A program made the translations under genes and the position numbers. The notes below the pieces were generated by a model. The model saw only the letters and a list, made by a program, of their open reading frames with translations. It was not told where the DNA came from and did no database searches. Shown piece after piece: positions 1-9,715 of a stretch of 64,000 nt of DNA. This DNA comes from an uncultured bacterium. GTDB taxonomy: Bacteria > SAR324 > NAC60-12. Numbering within the stretch: the first letter of the stretch is position 1; each line of letters opens with the position of its first letter. The stretch is taken from NCBI GenBank assembly GCA_964010765.1, contig CAXGMD010000002.1, forward strand, positions 1 to 64,000, written 5' to 3'.

Positions 1-1539
1 AGAAACCAATTCTGAGTCAGACCTCGTGACTCTTTGTGAATGACGGAGACTCCATTCCAAGAGTTGATAATTGAGTTCACGATGGATTTTGGAATATCCA
101 GCATCATCTCCAAGATCATTAAGCTTCATCGGGTCCTCCTGCAAATCGAAAAGCACCGGACGATACCCGATTGTATGAATGTATTTCCAACGTTGAGTGG
201 TGACCATGTAGATGCGAGCTTTTTTGGGGTCTGCATTCAGTAGTGAAGATGTTGGAGCAACGGAGTAATCGTATTCGCTAATGGCATATTCTCGAATTGA
301 TTTGCTGGAGGTGTTTTTTAGCAAAGTCTTTAGAGAATGCCCTTCAAGAATATGATCAGGGAAAGTCCCTCCCAAAGCCTCGATGAATGTGGGAATCAGA
401 TCTATTGATTCAACTAAGTCCGATGATCTTGAGCTACGCGAGCAATTGGCCTCTGGGGATGGATCACGAATGATCAAAGGAATCTTTACGGATGGTTCGT
501 GAAACCAGTCTTTCTCACCCAACCAATGATCCCCGAGATAATCCCCGTGATCTGAGGTGAAAACGATTAATGTTTGATCATAGGATCCTTGATCTTCCAG
601 GAACTGAAAAAGCCTGCCGAGGTGATCATCTAACTGTTTCACAAGGCCAAGATATGTTGGCAAAACTCGATCCCGGACTTCATTTTTTGAGAATGCTCTG
701 CTCACTCGAATTTTGGTAAGTGCTTCATAGATTGGGTGGGGATTCTTCAATTCATTTTGCGATCTTATTGCTGATGGTAGTTCAAGATCTCGAAATAATT
801 GATGGTAGGGAATTGGTGCAATGTAAGGCCAATGAGGTTTGATGTAGGATAAATGAAGACACCAAGGTGCATGGTCATGTTGTTTTAGAAATTCAATCGC
901 ACCATTTGTTGTGTAGGCCGTTTCTGAATGCTCTTCTGCAACCCTTGCAGGTCGCTGAGCATGCTGCATGTACCAACCTTCCAAAACCTCCCTATTCTCT
1001 CCCTCCGCTGAGTTTGCCCAATCATTCCAGGGGTTCTGACCAGGATAGCCGATCTCATTCAAATATTTTTCGTAGGTTTATTTGAGAGGATTGTATCTTC
1101 CTCTGGGTCCTTCAGGATAAAGCCCTTCCATCCGATCAAAGATCTGGAAACCGCATTGTTGGAGTAACTGGCCAGTTGAAGATTCCAGTTCAATGCCTAA
1201 TCGTTGTATGCCAGCGATATCTGGATAGAAATGAGTTTTGCCGACAAGCCAGGTTGATAAGCCTTGCTCTCTAAGAAAATCCCCTAGAGTGATCTCCCCT
1301 ACTTTTAGAGGGATTCCATTCCAAGTAGCTCCGTGTGACTGGGAATAGCGACCTGTGTAGAATGACATGCGGGAAGGTCCACATATGTGAGATTGACAAT
1401 AGGCTCTGTCGAAAGTGACGCCTTCCTTGGCTAATCGGTCAATGTTTGGAGTTGAAACCAGGGAATTTCCATAGCAGGACAAACAGTCCCAGCGAAGTTG
1501 GTCTACCATGATGAACAATACATTCCTTGGACGGGTCAT
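1..1539 (-). pseudogene. Sulfatase / phosphonate monoester hydrolase-like enzyme (alkaline phosphatase superfamily) with one in-frame TAA at 1078-1080; 3' end runs off the window
   Basis: N-terminus NVLFIMVDQLR and formylglycine motif CGPSRMSFYTGRY. My translation past the TAA stays open in frame to position 1, with family motifs PWCLHLSYIKPHWPY, LIVFTSDHGDYLGDH, LVESIDLIPTF and LFDLQEDP. Confidence 0.85.
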
Positions 1540-2140
1540 TGGGTTTTTTCTCTAAATAAAAGATTAAATATCTGAAATTATATTTTATTTTTTGTAATGA
1601 TTGTTGATTTTCAAAGATAAAGAGACTGACTAAATTATCGTTCCAACTGAGGTTTGTCCGGGGGTGAATGAGAGGATTTCACTGCAATGATCCACCCTCC
1701 AGCGACGTTAAAATCTCTGTAAATGAACTGAGATTTCGGGATGATATAAAAATGCACAGTTCGTAAAAGATACTGAAATTACTTAAAGAAAATCAGTTGA
1801 TGAGGCTGTCTAAGATTTATTGATGTCCAATTATCAAAAAGCTGAGAGTTGGAAACTAAAAATATTGTGACAAAAAAGTAAAATTATTGATTTTTCTCGC
1901 TATTTTTTTCTCCCCCCGATCTCCTCACACATATTCTTTGACTCATTTATCATATTGATATCGTAACGGCTTGAGGAGTGGGCAGCTACAGATAAACGAA
2001 AGGTTTCTAAGTAATTTTCAGATTAAATATATTTTTGAGAATTTAATTGGAAGTTCCTCTCATTCTCAGGAGTCAGTCTGAAAATCTGAAAGTTCACTTT
2101 AGAAATTCAAAGGCATATCTAAATCAATTAGGAGGGAATT

Positions 2141-3796
2141 ATGGAAGCTCTACATTTTGTAAACGCAGAACACGATACCAATCACCATCTTGGATTTTCT
2201 GGAGTTTTAGAAGCCTCTGATTCAAGTGTCGATGAAGAAAATTACGGCACTAAATCAGGTAAGTCATCTGCTCTGGATAAGGAAAAATCTTCGATTCAGG
2301 AGGCTTTTCAACTCTATGTAAAAGATGTCAGCAGGTTGAATCAGCTTGACCGCAAACAAGAGTCAGCACTAGCCAAAAAAATTGAATCAAATCGTCAAAA
2401 GATTGAAGAGATCCTTTTTGGATCAAAACTGGTCTTTGATGAAATCCAAAACTTGGCTCAACGACTGGAGAACGGAGAGATCACTATTCGTCAAATTACT
2501 GTTGTTAATGATGATGACGAGTTTGAGATGGATGATGAGAGCCGAGTTGAGTCCTTGGTTCAGCAACTTCGTCTGGTTACTGATGATTTCACTTCAAGGC
2601 AAATGATCAAAAAGTCTGGTCAAGCTACAAAATTAAACCGATTTGAAAAGGAAGAGATAGATAAATTATCCAAGAAAATCCATTCGCAAATTCAGTGGAT
2701 TTCTTTCAATCAAAATCAGATTGAAAAATTCACAGATTTGCTTGTTCAACAAGCTCGAGAAATCGAATGTGCAAGCGAGCAAATTGCTGAGCTTGAACAA
2801 TCTCAGAGAGTGGACTCAAAAAAGCTTCTCAAGACTATGCAGAGTTGGGAGGCAGCAAATAAGGCTGGAGATGTCTCAAAAGAGGCGAGCCTGCAAATGG
2901 AAATTGAGGATTTTTCAGGACAGTCATTTAAGGCAGTCTTTCAGGAGTATCAATTGCTGGAATCAGCTATGAAGTGGAAAAGAGATGTGTTTGAACAGAC
3001 TGGTCAGGATGAAAAGGAATTTTTATCCCAAGTGATGAAATTACAGAAATCTCTAGAAGTCATGAAGACAGCTAAAAACCGTCTAATGGAATCCAATCTT
3101 CGGCTGGTCGTTAGTATTGCCAGAAAGTACCTGCATTGTGGGTTAGGGATTGAAGATCTGATCCAGGAAGGCAATTTGGGGCTGATGAGGGCTGTCGATA
3201 AGTTCGATTACGAGCGGGGCTGCAAACTATCCACTTATGCAAGTTGGTGGATTCGTCAGTCGATGTCCAGAGCAATTGCCGATCATTCGAGAACCATCCG
3301 GATCCCAGTGCACATGATTGATAAAGGTAAACGTGTAATGAAGATCTCTCAGCAGTTGGGAATGGAATTGGGACGTCAACCAACACTTGCTGAGGTGGTT
3401 GAACGCAGCAAGATGCCAGAAGAGCTTGTTCATGAATTGTTGCACAACATGAATGATCCTCTTTCGATCGATAAACCCTATGGAAGTGAGGAGGGAAGCA
3501 CTCTGCAGAATGTGGTGCCAGATCAAAATGCAGTAAATCCTCTTCAAACTATGATGAGAACAGATCTGACAGAGGTTATTGAGGAGATGCTGACACAGTT
3601 GCCTCCACGTCAGGAGAAAATTGTCAAAATGCGCTTTGGCATTGGTCACAAGCGGGAGTACACACTCGATGAGATTGGCAAGGAATTTAAAATTACGCGT
3701 GAGCGGATCCGGCAGCTACTTTTTCAAGCGCTTGTTAAATTACGACATCCTTGCCGAAGCAATTTTCTGAGAGACTATCACGTGGAGGGCTGTTGA
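2141..3796 (+). CDS. RpoD-like sigma70 factor (divergent paralog; non-conserved region present, no clear region 1.1)
   Basis: Region 2 [12 protein letters not shown]...[19 protein letters not shown]...[19 protein letters not shown]; region 4 [28 protein letters not shown] upstream. Confidence 0.9.
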   Translation: MEALHFVNAEHDTNHHLGFSGVLEASDSSVDEENYGTKSGKSSALDKEKSSIQEAFQLYVKDVSRLNQLDRKQESALAKKIESNRQKIEEILFGSKLVFDEIQNLAQRLENGEITIRQITVVNDDDEFEMDDESRVESLVQQLRLVTDDFTSRQMIKKSGQATKLNRFEKEEIDKLSKKIHSQIQWISFNQNQIEKFTDLLVQQAREIECASEQIAELEQSQRVDSKKLLKTMQSWEAANKAGDVSKEASLQMEIEDFSGQSFKAVFQEYQLLESAMKWKRDVFEQTGQDEKEFLSQVMKLQKSLEVMKTAKNRLMESNLRLVVSIARKYLHCGLGIEDLIQEGNLGLMRAVDKFDYERGCKLSTYASWWIRQSMSRAIADHSRTIRIPVHMIDKGKRVMKISQQLGMELGRQPTLAEVVERSKMPEELVHELLHNMNDPLSIDKPYGSEEGSTLQNVVPDQNAVNPLQTMMRTDLTEVIEEMLTQLPPRQEKIVKMRFGIGHKREYTLDEIGKEFKITRERIRQLLFQALVKLRHPCRSNFLRDYHVEGC

Positions 3797-3819
3797 ACTT
3801 TTTGTCAACTCTAGCAAGT

Positions 3820-3842
3820 GGGGTTGATGTTCAATCAACCCC
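3820..3842. terminator. Hairpin between convergent genes, probable terminator
   Basis: GGGGTTGAT-gttca-ATCAACCCC, a perfect 9-bp stem between stops at 3796 (+) and 3852 (-). Confidence 0.55.
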
Positions 3843-3851
3843 TTACTCATT

Positions 3852-5549
3852 TTAAAGGGGAAACTGCTTACCGTCATTGAGGCTGCTTCGATGTGCATAG
3901 CGGAAAGCCTTGTAGTGCAAGGTTGAATGCTGGATCTGATCTAAGCAGAAAGTTTCACGATTATTCGTTACTCGACTATACTCATAGGTTAAGAATGGAT
4001 GGAGTGATAATAAGTCTGGGCTATTCGCACTCTGTAGATAAAGGCGGCCACTTTTAAGATGCTGTCGAAGCTTCAGCGTTTCACTTGGAGGTACAAAAAA
4101 TCCCCCCCGTAGCCGCTTGATTGAATAACTCACCTCCTCCCCAAGATCGCCTGAGAAATCACTGATTTGATCAATGAAAAGCAACTCATAAGACGTTATT
4201 GGCTCGCTGTACTTACACATCTGTACCCAAACTGGTAGGACTAATTCCAACCAAGCACTAGCGTGTCCGGAATCTGCATTCACGGGATCGTGGATACGAT
4301 TGCGATAGCTGACCAATTGTTGCAAGGCTTCAGACAAGCCACTCCATTCTCCACGTTCTGTAATCCAGGCTCTGGGGACCTCCCGAACCAGCTGTCCACA
4401 AAAATCTGCATCGTAAAAAGCTTTGGCGATTCTTTTCCCGACCCATACCCAACTACCATCTGTCATCGGGCCTTGACGAAAGCGATGACGTAATTCTGAA
4501 TTTAATTCTTCTGAAAAGCAGCCAGCGTGAAGATACTCTGCACAGATCAGCGCTGAAAAATATTTTGAAACGATCCCAATTGCATTCAACATGTTGATGT
4601 GGCAGCGATTCGGGTCTGTTTCAGCCATTCTCAAATTTTGTGCATAAGCCAAGGGTGAGGGTAAATCCACTCTTGCCCAAAGATCGATTGGTTGGGATTG
4701 TCCCCAATTAGCCCCAGGTGCTTGGGATTTCAGTTCCTTATTTTCAAGAACCAACTCCTCAATTTTTCGGAGTAAGCGTTTTTCTCGCTGACGAAAAGTT
4801 TGTAATTGTTTTCTGAGTTCTTCTATCTCCTTTTCAAGGATTCCTCTTTCAGGCTCACTCCCTAAAGTTGGATTATTAGAAACAGGCGATTCACTGTCAG
4901 TTTCTGCTAAAAATTCTTCCCAGTCTTCTTCTGAGGCAAAGTTTTTTCCTTTCGCAAAATCCCAATCTATGTCTTCAATCCTTACTTTAAGAGCTTGAAA
5001 CACTTGTTCATCTAAGGTGACTACTTGAATTTTCTGCAAGTGATTTGTAGGAACTTCTTCCAGGAATTGATGGAGCGTTCCCAAAATAACATCTGCCATC
5101 AAACTAGTGGGGAATCCTAATGATCCAGAGCCGATCAAGGGGATTGCAATAGACTTCGCCTTAAATTCTTCACAAGTAATGATCAGGTTGTTAAGTCCTG
5201 CACGGATTGCATCGATAACAAGTTCTTGTACGATTTCCCAGAATTCCTGATCTCCCTCCTCAAGATGAGCATCTCGACTCATCTCTTCCCATGAACGGTG
5301 TGTTGCCAAATGAAAGATCCACCGACAGGGCAACAAATCTCCTTTCGTTACGCAGACAGTCCCCAGAGGTACTGGAAGTTCAAGGTTGGGATCGTGCAAT
5401 AAAGCTTGCTGAATTCTTCCTTCAGTAATTTCTTGGATGCTCTTCGAAATTTCAGAATAGCCAAGATGCATTTGGTTATTGCATGAATTGACGATAGCAT
5501 CGACATCCAATTCGGTGATATCACCCAGAACGGCTTGCAAGCGCATCAT
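3852..5549 (-). CDS. Macro (ADP-ribose-binding) domain protein with acidic linker, coiled coil and uncharacterised C-terminal domain
   Basis: Macro motifs LGDITELDVDAIVNSCN, VCVTKGDLLPCRWIFH, SIAIPLIGSGSLGFP; heptad-rich EKEIEELRKQLQ...LENKELK; C-terminal LVSYRNRIHD. Confidence 0.8.
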   Translation of the reverse strand: MMRLQAVLGDITELDVDAIVNSCNNQMHLGYSEISKSIQEITEGRIQQALLHDPNLELPVPLGTVCVTKGDLLPCRWIFHLATHRSWEEMSRDAHLEEGDQEFWEIVQELVIDAIRAGLNNLIITCEEFKAKSIAIPLIGSGSLGFPTSLMADVILGTLHQFLEEVPTNHLQKIQVVTLDEQVFQALKVRIEDIDWDFAKGKNFASEEDWEEFLAETDSESPVSNNPTLGSEPERGILEKEIEELRKQLQTFRQREKRLLRKIEELVLENKELKSQAPGANWGQSQPIDLWARVDLPSPLAYAQNLRMAETDPNRCHINMLNAIGIVSKYFSALICAEYLHAGCFSEELNSELRHRFRQGPMTDGSWVWVGKRIAKAFYDADFCGQLVREVPRAWITERGEWSGLSEALQQLVSYRNRIHDPVNADSGHASAWLELVLPVWVQMCKYSEPITSYELLFIDQISDFSGDLGEEVSYSIKRLRGGFFVPPSETLKLRQHLKSGRLYLQSANSPDLLSLHPFLTYEYSRVTNNRETFCLDQIQHSTLHYKAFRYAHRSSLNDGKQFPL

Positions 5550-5885
5550 ACCCTTACGATGAAAATTATTTTCTTAGTATTGCTGCTTGGTAAGGGAAAT
5601 GCGCTTTTAACGGACTGAAACAATTGGTTTCCAGAAATGAAGTTGTTGTTTTTGGTATGCAAATTTTGATAGCAGGGTGAAGTTACAATTGCACCCAACT
5701 TGTGTCAAGAATTTATCACTGGCATCATTTTCTGATGATTAGCTAAGCCGACGACTGCGTCAATGAAATCTGTTCATACCCCGAAATTACGAACCGGGAG
5801 TTCTTAGCTAACAGAAAATTACTTGTAGAACTCTATCCGATTAAATTTTTGAAACCATTAAAATTATATTTTGAAAGAAAATGCC

Positions 5886-7526
5886 ATGGCTGAAATCAAC
5901 AAGATTTTGGAACTTTTGCCTGATAGATTACCTAGAATTGCTGAGGAAGGTCCGTTCCTGACTACAGTTTCATCGAAAGAGTTGATTGATTTCATTACAG
6001 AGACCCTTTCCTTGAATAAAGATTTTGTTGAAGGTGTTGTCATGATGCTTCAACAAAATTGGGAAGCGATGGGCCTCCTGGATTCAACGAAGCTCCGGGA
6101 AGGGCTTTGGCAATTTTCTAGTTACCCGGCCAATCTCATGGCTCGTTCTCTCTTGGATAGTTTGGCAACACCAAGACCTCAATTTTTTGAAAGTGGCTGG
6201 TGGCATAATGAAAGTTACCTAGAACAACAGCGAAATTTACTGATCGAGGTTGAAAATCGTAGAATTCACTTTCATAGAGAACATCGACCAGCCCCGATAC
6301 GTCAGGTGCAGGTAGCTTGGGCGTTGATTAAAATTGAAAACAGCCTCTTGTTTAATCATCGGGAGGATCGTGAGCGGAAAGCAAATCCAAACCATGTACT
6401 GATCGGGGGGCGCCTTAATTTACATGACTTGGAGAAAGCCTTCCCAGAATCAACCATCGAAGAGCGTCTAGTTTGGCAACAAACTGCGGATGTAAACCAC
6501 ATCCTCCAAGCACTTCCCCATACTTTATCAAGAGAACTGAACGAAGAGTTGGGGCTGCTATCACAGCATTATCAGGCTGAGTTACACCAAACACTTGATA
6601 GCTATGACAAGTTGGAGGGTGCACGCGCCAATCATGCTTACACTAAATATCAAATTTACTGTTTCACAGTTCAATTAAATCAAACAGGCTTTCAACAGCT
6701 TTGCAGGAGACAAATCGAGTTGCCAAAGGGCCAATTGGTTTGGGCTACCTCGGACGAAATTCTTATTGGAAAGCAGGGAGATCGTAAGTTTTTTGTGGAT
6801 GCTTGGCGAGAGAGTGCTGGCAAATCATTTTGGCAACAACTTGAGGATGTCCCCCAATCTATGGTCACGGCTGATTTAGTGGAAGAGCAGGTTGATTTGC
6901 CTTACGGCCCCGAAAGTTCTTTGCTCTATGGCCGTAGTGGACAAGAACAATCATTGGAAATCGAGTTGGACGAAAGGCAGCAGTCCTGGTTGATTGGCCT
7001 GGCATGGGTAAGGCTACATCAGGCTATTTTCCCTCTCGAGGACATTCCTGATTGGATCCAAATTCATCCGCTTGGTTGGTTGGAATTGGATGAAACGAAG
7101 GAGACAGAAAGGGAAGAACTAAACAAGCTCGCAGAAATATTCAGAAATGCAGGTCTCCCAATTGTTGAAGGGAGCGATGCGGGTTGGTTTCGGATGTCGG
7201 TAAGTAAAGACCATCTCTATTTTGCTGAAACTTTTTTTACGCTCCGTCCCTATCACGAGAATGACAAATACGAACTACATTTGCTCGTCCCTGATCTAAA
7301 AACTCCGATCGGTGAGCTTCCCGATTGTTATCTCTCTATTCGTGGAATTACCCCCACGGTGTATCGGGATATGGTGAAAGTTTTAAAGGGACTTCCTACC
7401 GATGAACTCGGGGACCCGAAGCGATCCTTTCGCGAACAGCTAACTAAGCACGCCCAACCTCTGGGCTTGCGGATACCCATCCGAAATGACGGGTTTAGCT
7501 TCTATACTCAATGTGAAACTCTCTGA
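5886..7526 (+). CDS. Large Nudix-domain protein with putative C-terminal winged-helix domains
   Basis: Nudix-like strand VAWALIKIENSLLF, VLIGGRL, and intact REUXEEXGU half of the Nudix box (RELNEELGL). ATG at 5886; frame open from TTG 5871. Confidence 0.7.
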   Translation: MAEINKILELLPDRLPRIAEEGPFLTTVSSKELIDFITETLSLNKDFVEGVVMMLQQNWEAMGLLDSTKLREGLWQFSSYPANLMARSLLDSLATPRPQFFESGWWHNESYLEQQRNLLIEVENRRIHFHREHRPAPIRQVQVAWALIKIENSLLFNHREDRERKANPNHVLIGGRLNLHDLEKAFPESTIEERLVWQQTADVNHILQALPHTLSRELNEELGLLSQHYQAELHQTLDSYDKLEGARANHAYTKYQIYCFTVQLNQTGFQQLCRRQIELPKGQLVWATSDEILIGKQGDRKFFVDAWRESAGKSFWQQLEDVPQSMVTADLVEEQVDLPYGPESSLLYGRSGQEQSLEIELDERQQSWLIGLAWVRLHQAIFPLEDIPDWIQIHPLGWLELDETKETEREELNKLAEIFRNAGLPIVEGSDAGWFRMSVSKDHLYFAETFFTLRPYHENDKYELHLLVPDLKTPIGELPDCYLSIRGITPTVYRDMVKVLKGLPTDELGDPKRSFREQLTKHAQPLGLRIPIRNDGFSFYTQCETL

Positions 7527-7760
7527 GTTAATAACACTTTCAGACCCAACTCCATGGAAAGGGTGAGGAAATCTAGTTCTTACCATAGAAGACCCTCCTA
7601 CTTCGATTTCACTTTCATCTGAATCAGAAAATTTTTTCTTTTGAAAAAAATGGAATCTAAAAATCTTTAAATCTTCTTGAAAAATAAAATCTAAGCTATT
7701 GTTATAAATAAATTAATTTTTTTCTGATTTAAATTAATTCTCCTAATATTAATTTTTAAT

Positions 7761-7799
7761 AATGTCCGAATGAACATTTTAGTTGCGCATCTGAACATT
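7761..7799. promoter_or_regulatory. Probable DeoR/GlpR-family operator
   Basis: AATGTCC-gaat-GAACATT near-palindrome (7761-7778) plus a second GAACATT half-site, just upstream of a GlpR-like gene; resembles the GlpR ATGTTC...GAACAT box. Confidence 0.5.
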
Positions 7800-7818
7800 C
7801 TTTGGCAAGTTCCAAATC

Positions 7819-8616
7819 ATGAGAACTAATTTTCGTCCTATGGATCTTTCGGAGCGTCAGGCACAAATTGCGGACTTGGTGCGAGAGGAAGGATTTCTTG
7901 GTGTAGATAATTTAGCTAATCGATACAACGTCACCTCTCAGACGATTAGAAGAGACCTAACTGTCATTTGTGACTGTGGTTTGGGCAGGCGTCGTCACGG
8001 AGGAGTTGAGCGAATCAGTGGTTCCGGCAATCTCTCATATCGTTCCAGGCAAATCCTTGCAAGAGGAGCGAAAGAGAAGATTGCAGATATGGTTTGTGAT
8101 CATGTCCCCCATAGTACAACCCTAGCTTTCAGTATTGGCACCACCCCAGAAATTGTCGCAGCAGCCCTTCTCAAACACGAAAGTCTAAGAATCTTCACAC
8201 ACAATCTGAATATTGCAATGCTAGCCTGCTCAAATCCAAGCTTCGAAGTCCATATTGCTGGGGGCAGAGTTCGAAATAATGACTGTGATGTTCTGGGTAA
8301 AGGGATGGAAACACTGCTCTCCTCCTACATTTTCGACATTGGAATTTATGGAGTCGCTGGGGTAGATGAAGATGGCACTTTGTTAGATTTCACTGATGAA
8401 GAGGTCCAAGCTCGACAGTTGATTCATAAAAATAGTCGAAAAACTTTCTTGGTTTTAGATCACACCAAGTTCTCACGTGCTGCACATGTCAGGGGGGGGC
8501 AAATCGGTGAGGCTACAAAAGTTTTTTGTGATGAAAAACCGCCTACAAAAATCATGGAGATTTTAGATAAATCTGGGTCTGAATTGATCCTCTGTGGTTG
8601 GGATGGAAGCGAATGA
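7819..8616 (+). CDS. DeoR/GlpR family transcriptional regulator
   Basis: ERQAQI...VTSQTIRRDL...RRHGG HTH; IGTT and LVLDHTKF sensor-domain motifs. Confidence 0.92.
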   Translation: MRTNFRPMDLSERQAQIADLVREEGFLGVDNLANRYNVTSQTIRRDLTVICDCGLGRRRHGGVERISGSGNLSYRSRQILARGAKEKIADMVCDHVPHSTTLAFSIGTTPEIVAAALLKHESLRIFTHNLNIAMLACSNPSFEVHIAGGRVRNNDCDVLGKGMETLLSSYIFDIGIYGVAGVDEDGTLLDFTDEEVQARQLIHKNSRKTFLVLDHTKFSRAAHVRGGQIGEATKVFCDEKPPTKIMEILDKSGSELILCGWDGSE

Positions 8617-9626
8617 GCGGTGCACGAGTCGAGAATCTTGTTAAGCAGTGGGGTGATTTTCGAGCTGTTGATGGGGTTTCTTTTGAGGCATCGGAGGGTA
8701 CGCTAACAGTGCTATTGGGTCCCTCAGGCTGTGGAAAATCCACAATCCTTCGATTGATTGCGGGGTTGGAGTTTGCCGAATCTGGAAATGTACTGATTAA
8801 TAATCAGGATGTTACTCAATCAGATCCCGCGAAACGCAGTGTCTCGATGGTTTTCCAATCCTACGCGCTTTTTCCTCATCTAGATGTTCGTGAAAACATC
8901 ATTTTCGGCCTTAAAGTTAGAAAGGTTCCCTCAGCAGAACGTGAGGCTCGGCTGCGTACTGCGGCAGAGATGGTTGGACTGGATCAGTTGCTTTCCAGAA
9001 AGCCAGCCCAACTCTCAGGAGGGCAACGTCAACGCGTTGCTTTGGCTAGAGCAATTGTAGCCAATCAGCCTGTTTGCTTGATGGACGAACCACTCTCCAA
9101 TCTCGATGCAAAACTGCGAGCCGAGATGCGGGAAGAAATTCATCGACTCCAAAGGAATCTCAATCTGACCATGATCTACGTAACACATGATCAAACAGAA
9201 GCGATGTCTATGGCAGATCAGGTGGTGTTGCTGAAAGATGGTCGGATTATTCAGGTGGGAGCGCCCGCGGATCTCTATGATACACCCTCTACAGTCTTTG
9301 CTGCTCAATTCTTGGGTACCCCTCCTATGAATATTCTGCCCAAGAAGATAGTTCCTGCTTTATCTGGAACCCCCGAATCTGTTGATCGGATAGGTATTCG
9401 ACCCGAGAAAATCCAGCTGTCAAATGATGGAATCCCAATGACTGTGGATGCAATTGACTACATGGGGGCTGAGACTGTTCTGCGAATGTTATATCAAGAT
9501 CATCGCCTGATGGCCCGCATTGATGGAAAAGCTCAGGTATCCATCGGAGAATCGGTCTCAGTTAATTGGGACCCAGCTGACTGCCATGAATTTGACAGAA
9601 ATGGCAACCGAATTTGTGCCTCATGA
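8613..9626 (+). CDS. Carbohydrate ABC transporter ATP-binding protein (UgpC/MalK-like)
   Basis: GPSGCGKS, LSGGQRQR, DEPLSNLDAKLR; ATGA overlap with the regulator stop. Confidence 0.93.
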   Translation: MSGARVENLVKQWGDFRAVDGVSFEASEGTLTVLLGPSGCGKSTILRLIAGLEFAESGNVLINNQDVTQSDPAKRSVSMVFQSYALFPHLDVRENIIFGLKVRKVPSAEREARLRTAAEMVGLDQLLSRKPAQLSGGQRQRVALARAIVANQPVCLMDEPLSNLDAKLRAEMREEIHRLQRNLNLTMIYVTHDQTEAMSMADQVVLLKDGRIIQVGAPADLYDTPSTVFAAQFLGTPPMNILPKKIVPALSGTPESVDRIGIRPEKIQLSNDGIPMTVDAIDYMGAETVLRMLYQDHRLMARIDGKAQVSIGESVSVNWDPADCHEFDRNGNRICAS

Positions 9627-9715
9627 TGAGTCACATCACCCGACTGTAGCAAAGCTAGAGTCGAGTTTCAGAACCAGATTGGTTCTTTAATTCCCAGCGT
9701 CAAAAGGGAGAAAGC

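Noticed and set aside
1540..2140. ncRNA or riboswitch in the long leader of the sigma gene
   Set aside because: Only weak imperfect stems (about 1661-1700) and no recognisable family motif; an Infernal/Rfam search would be needed.
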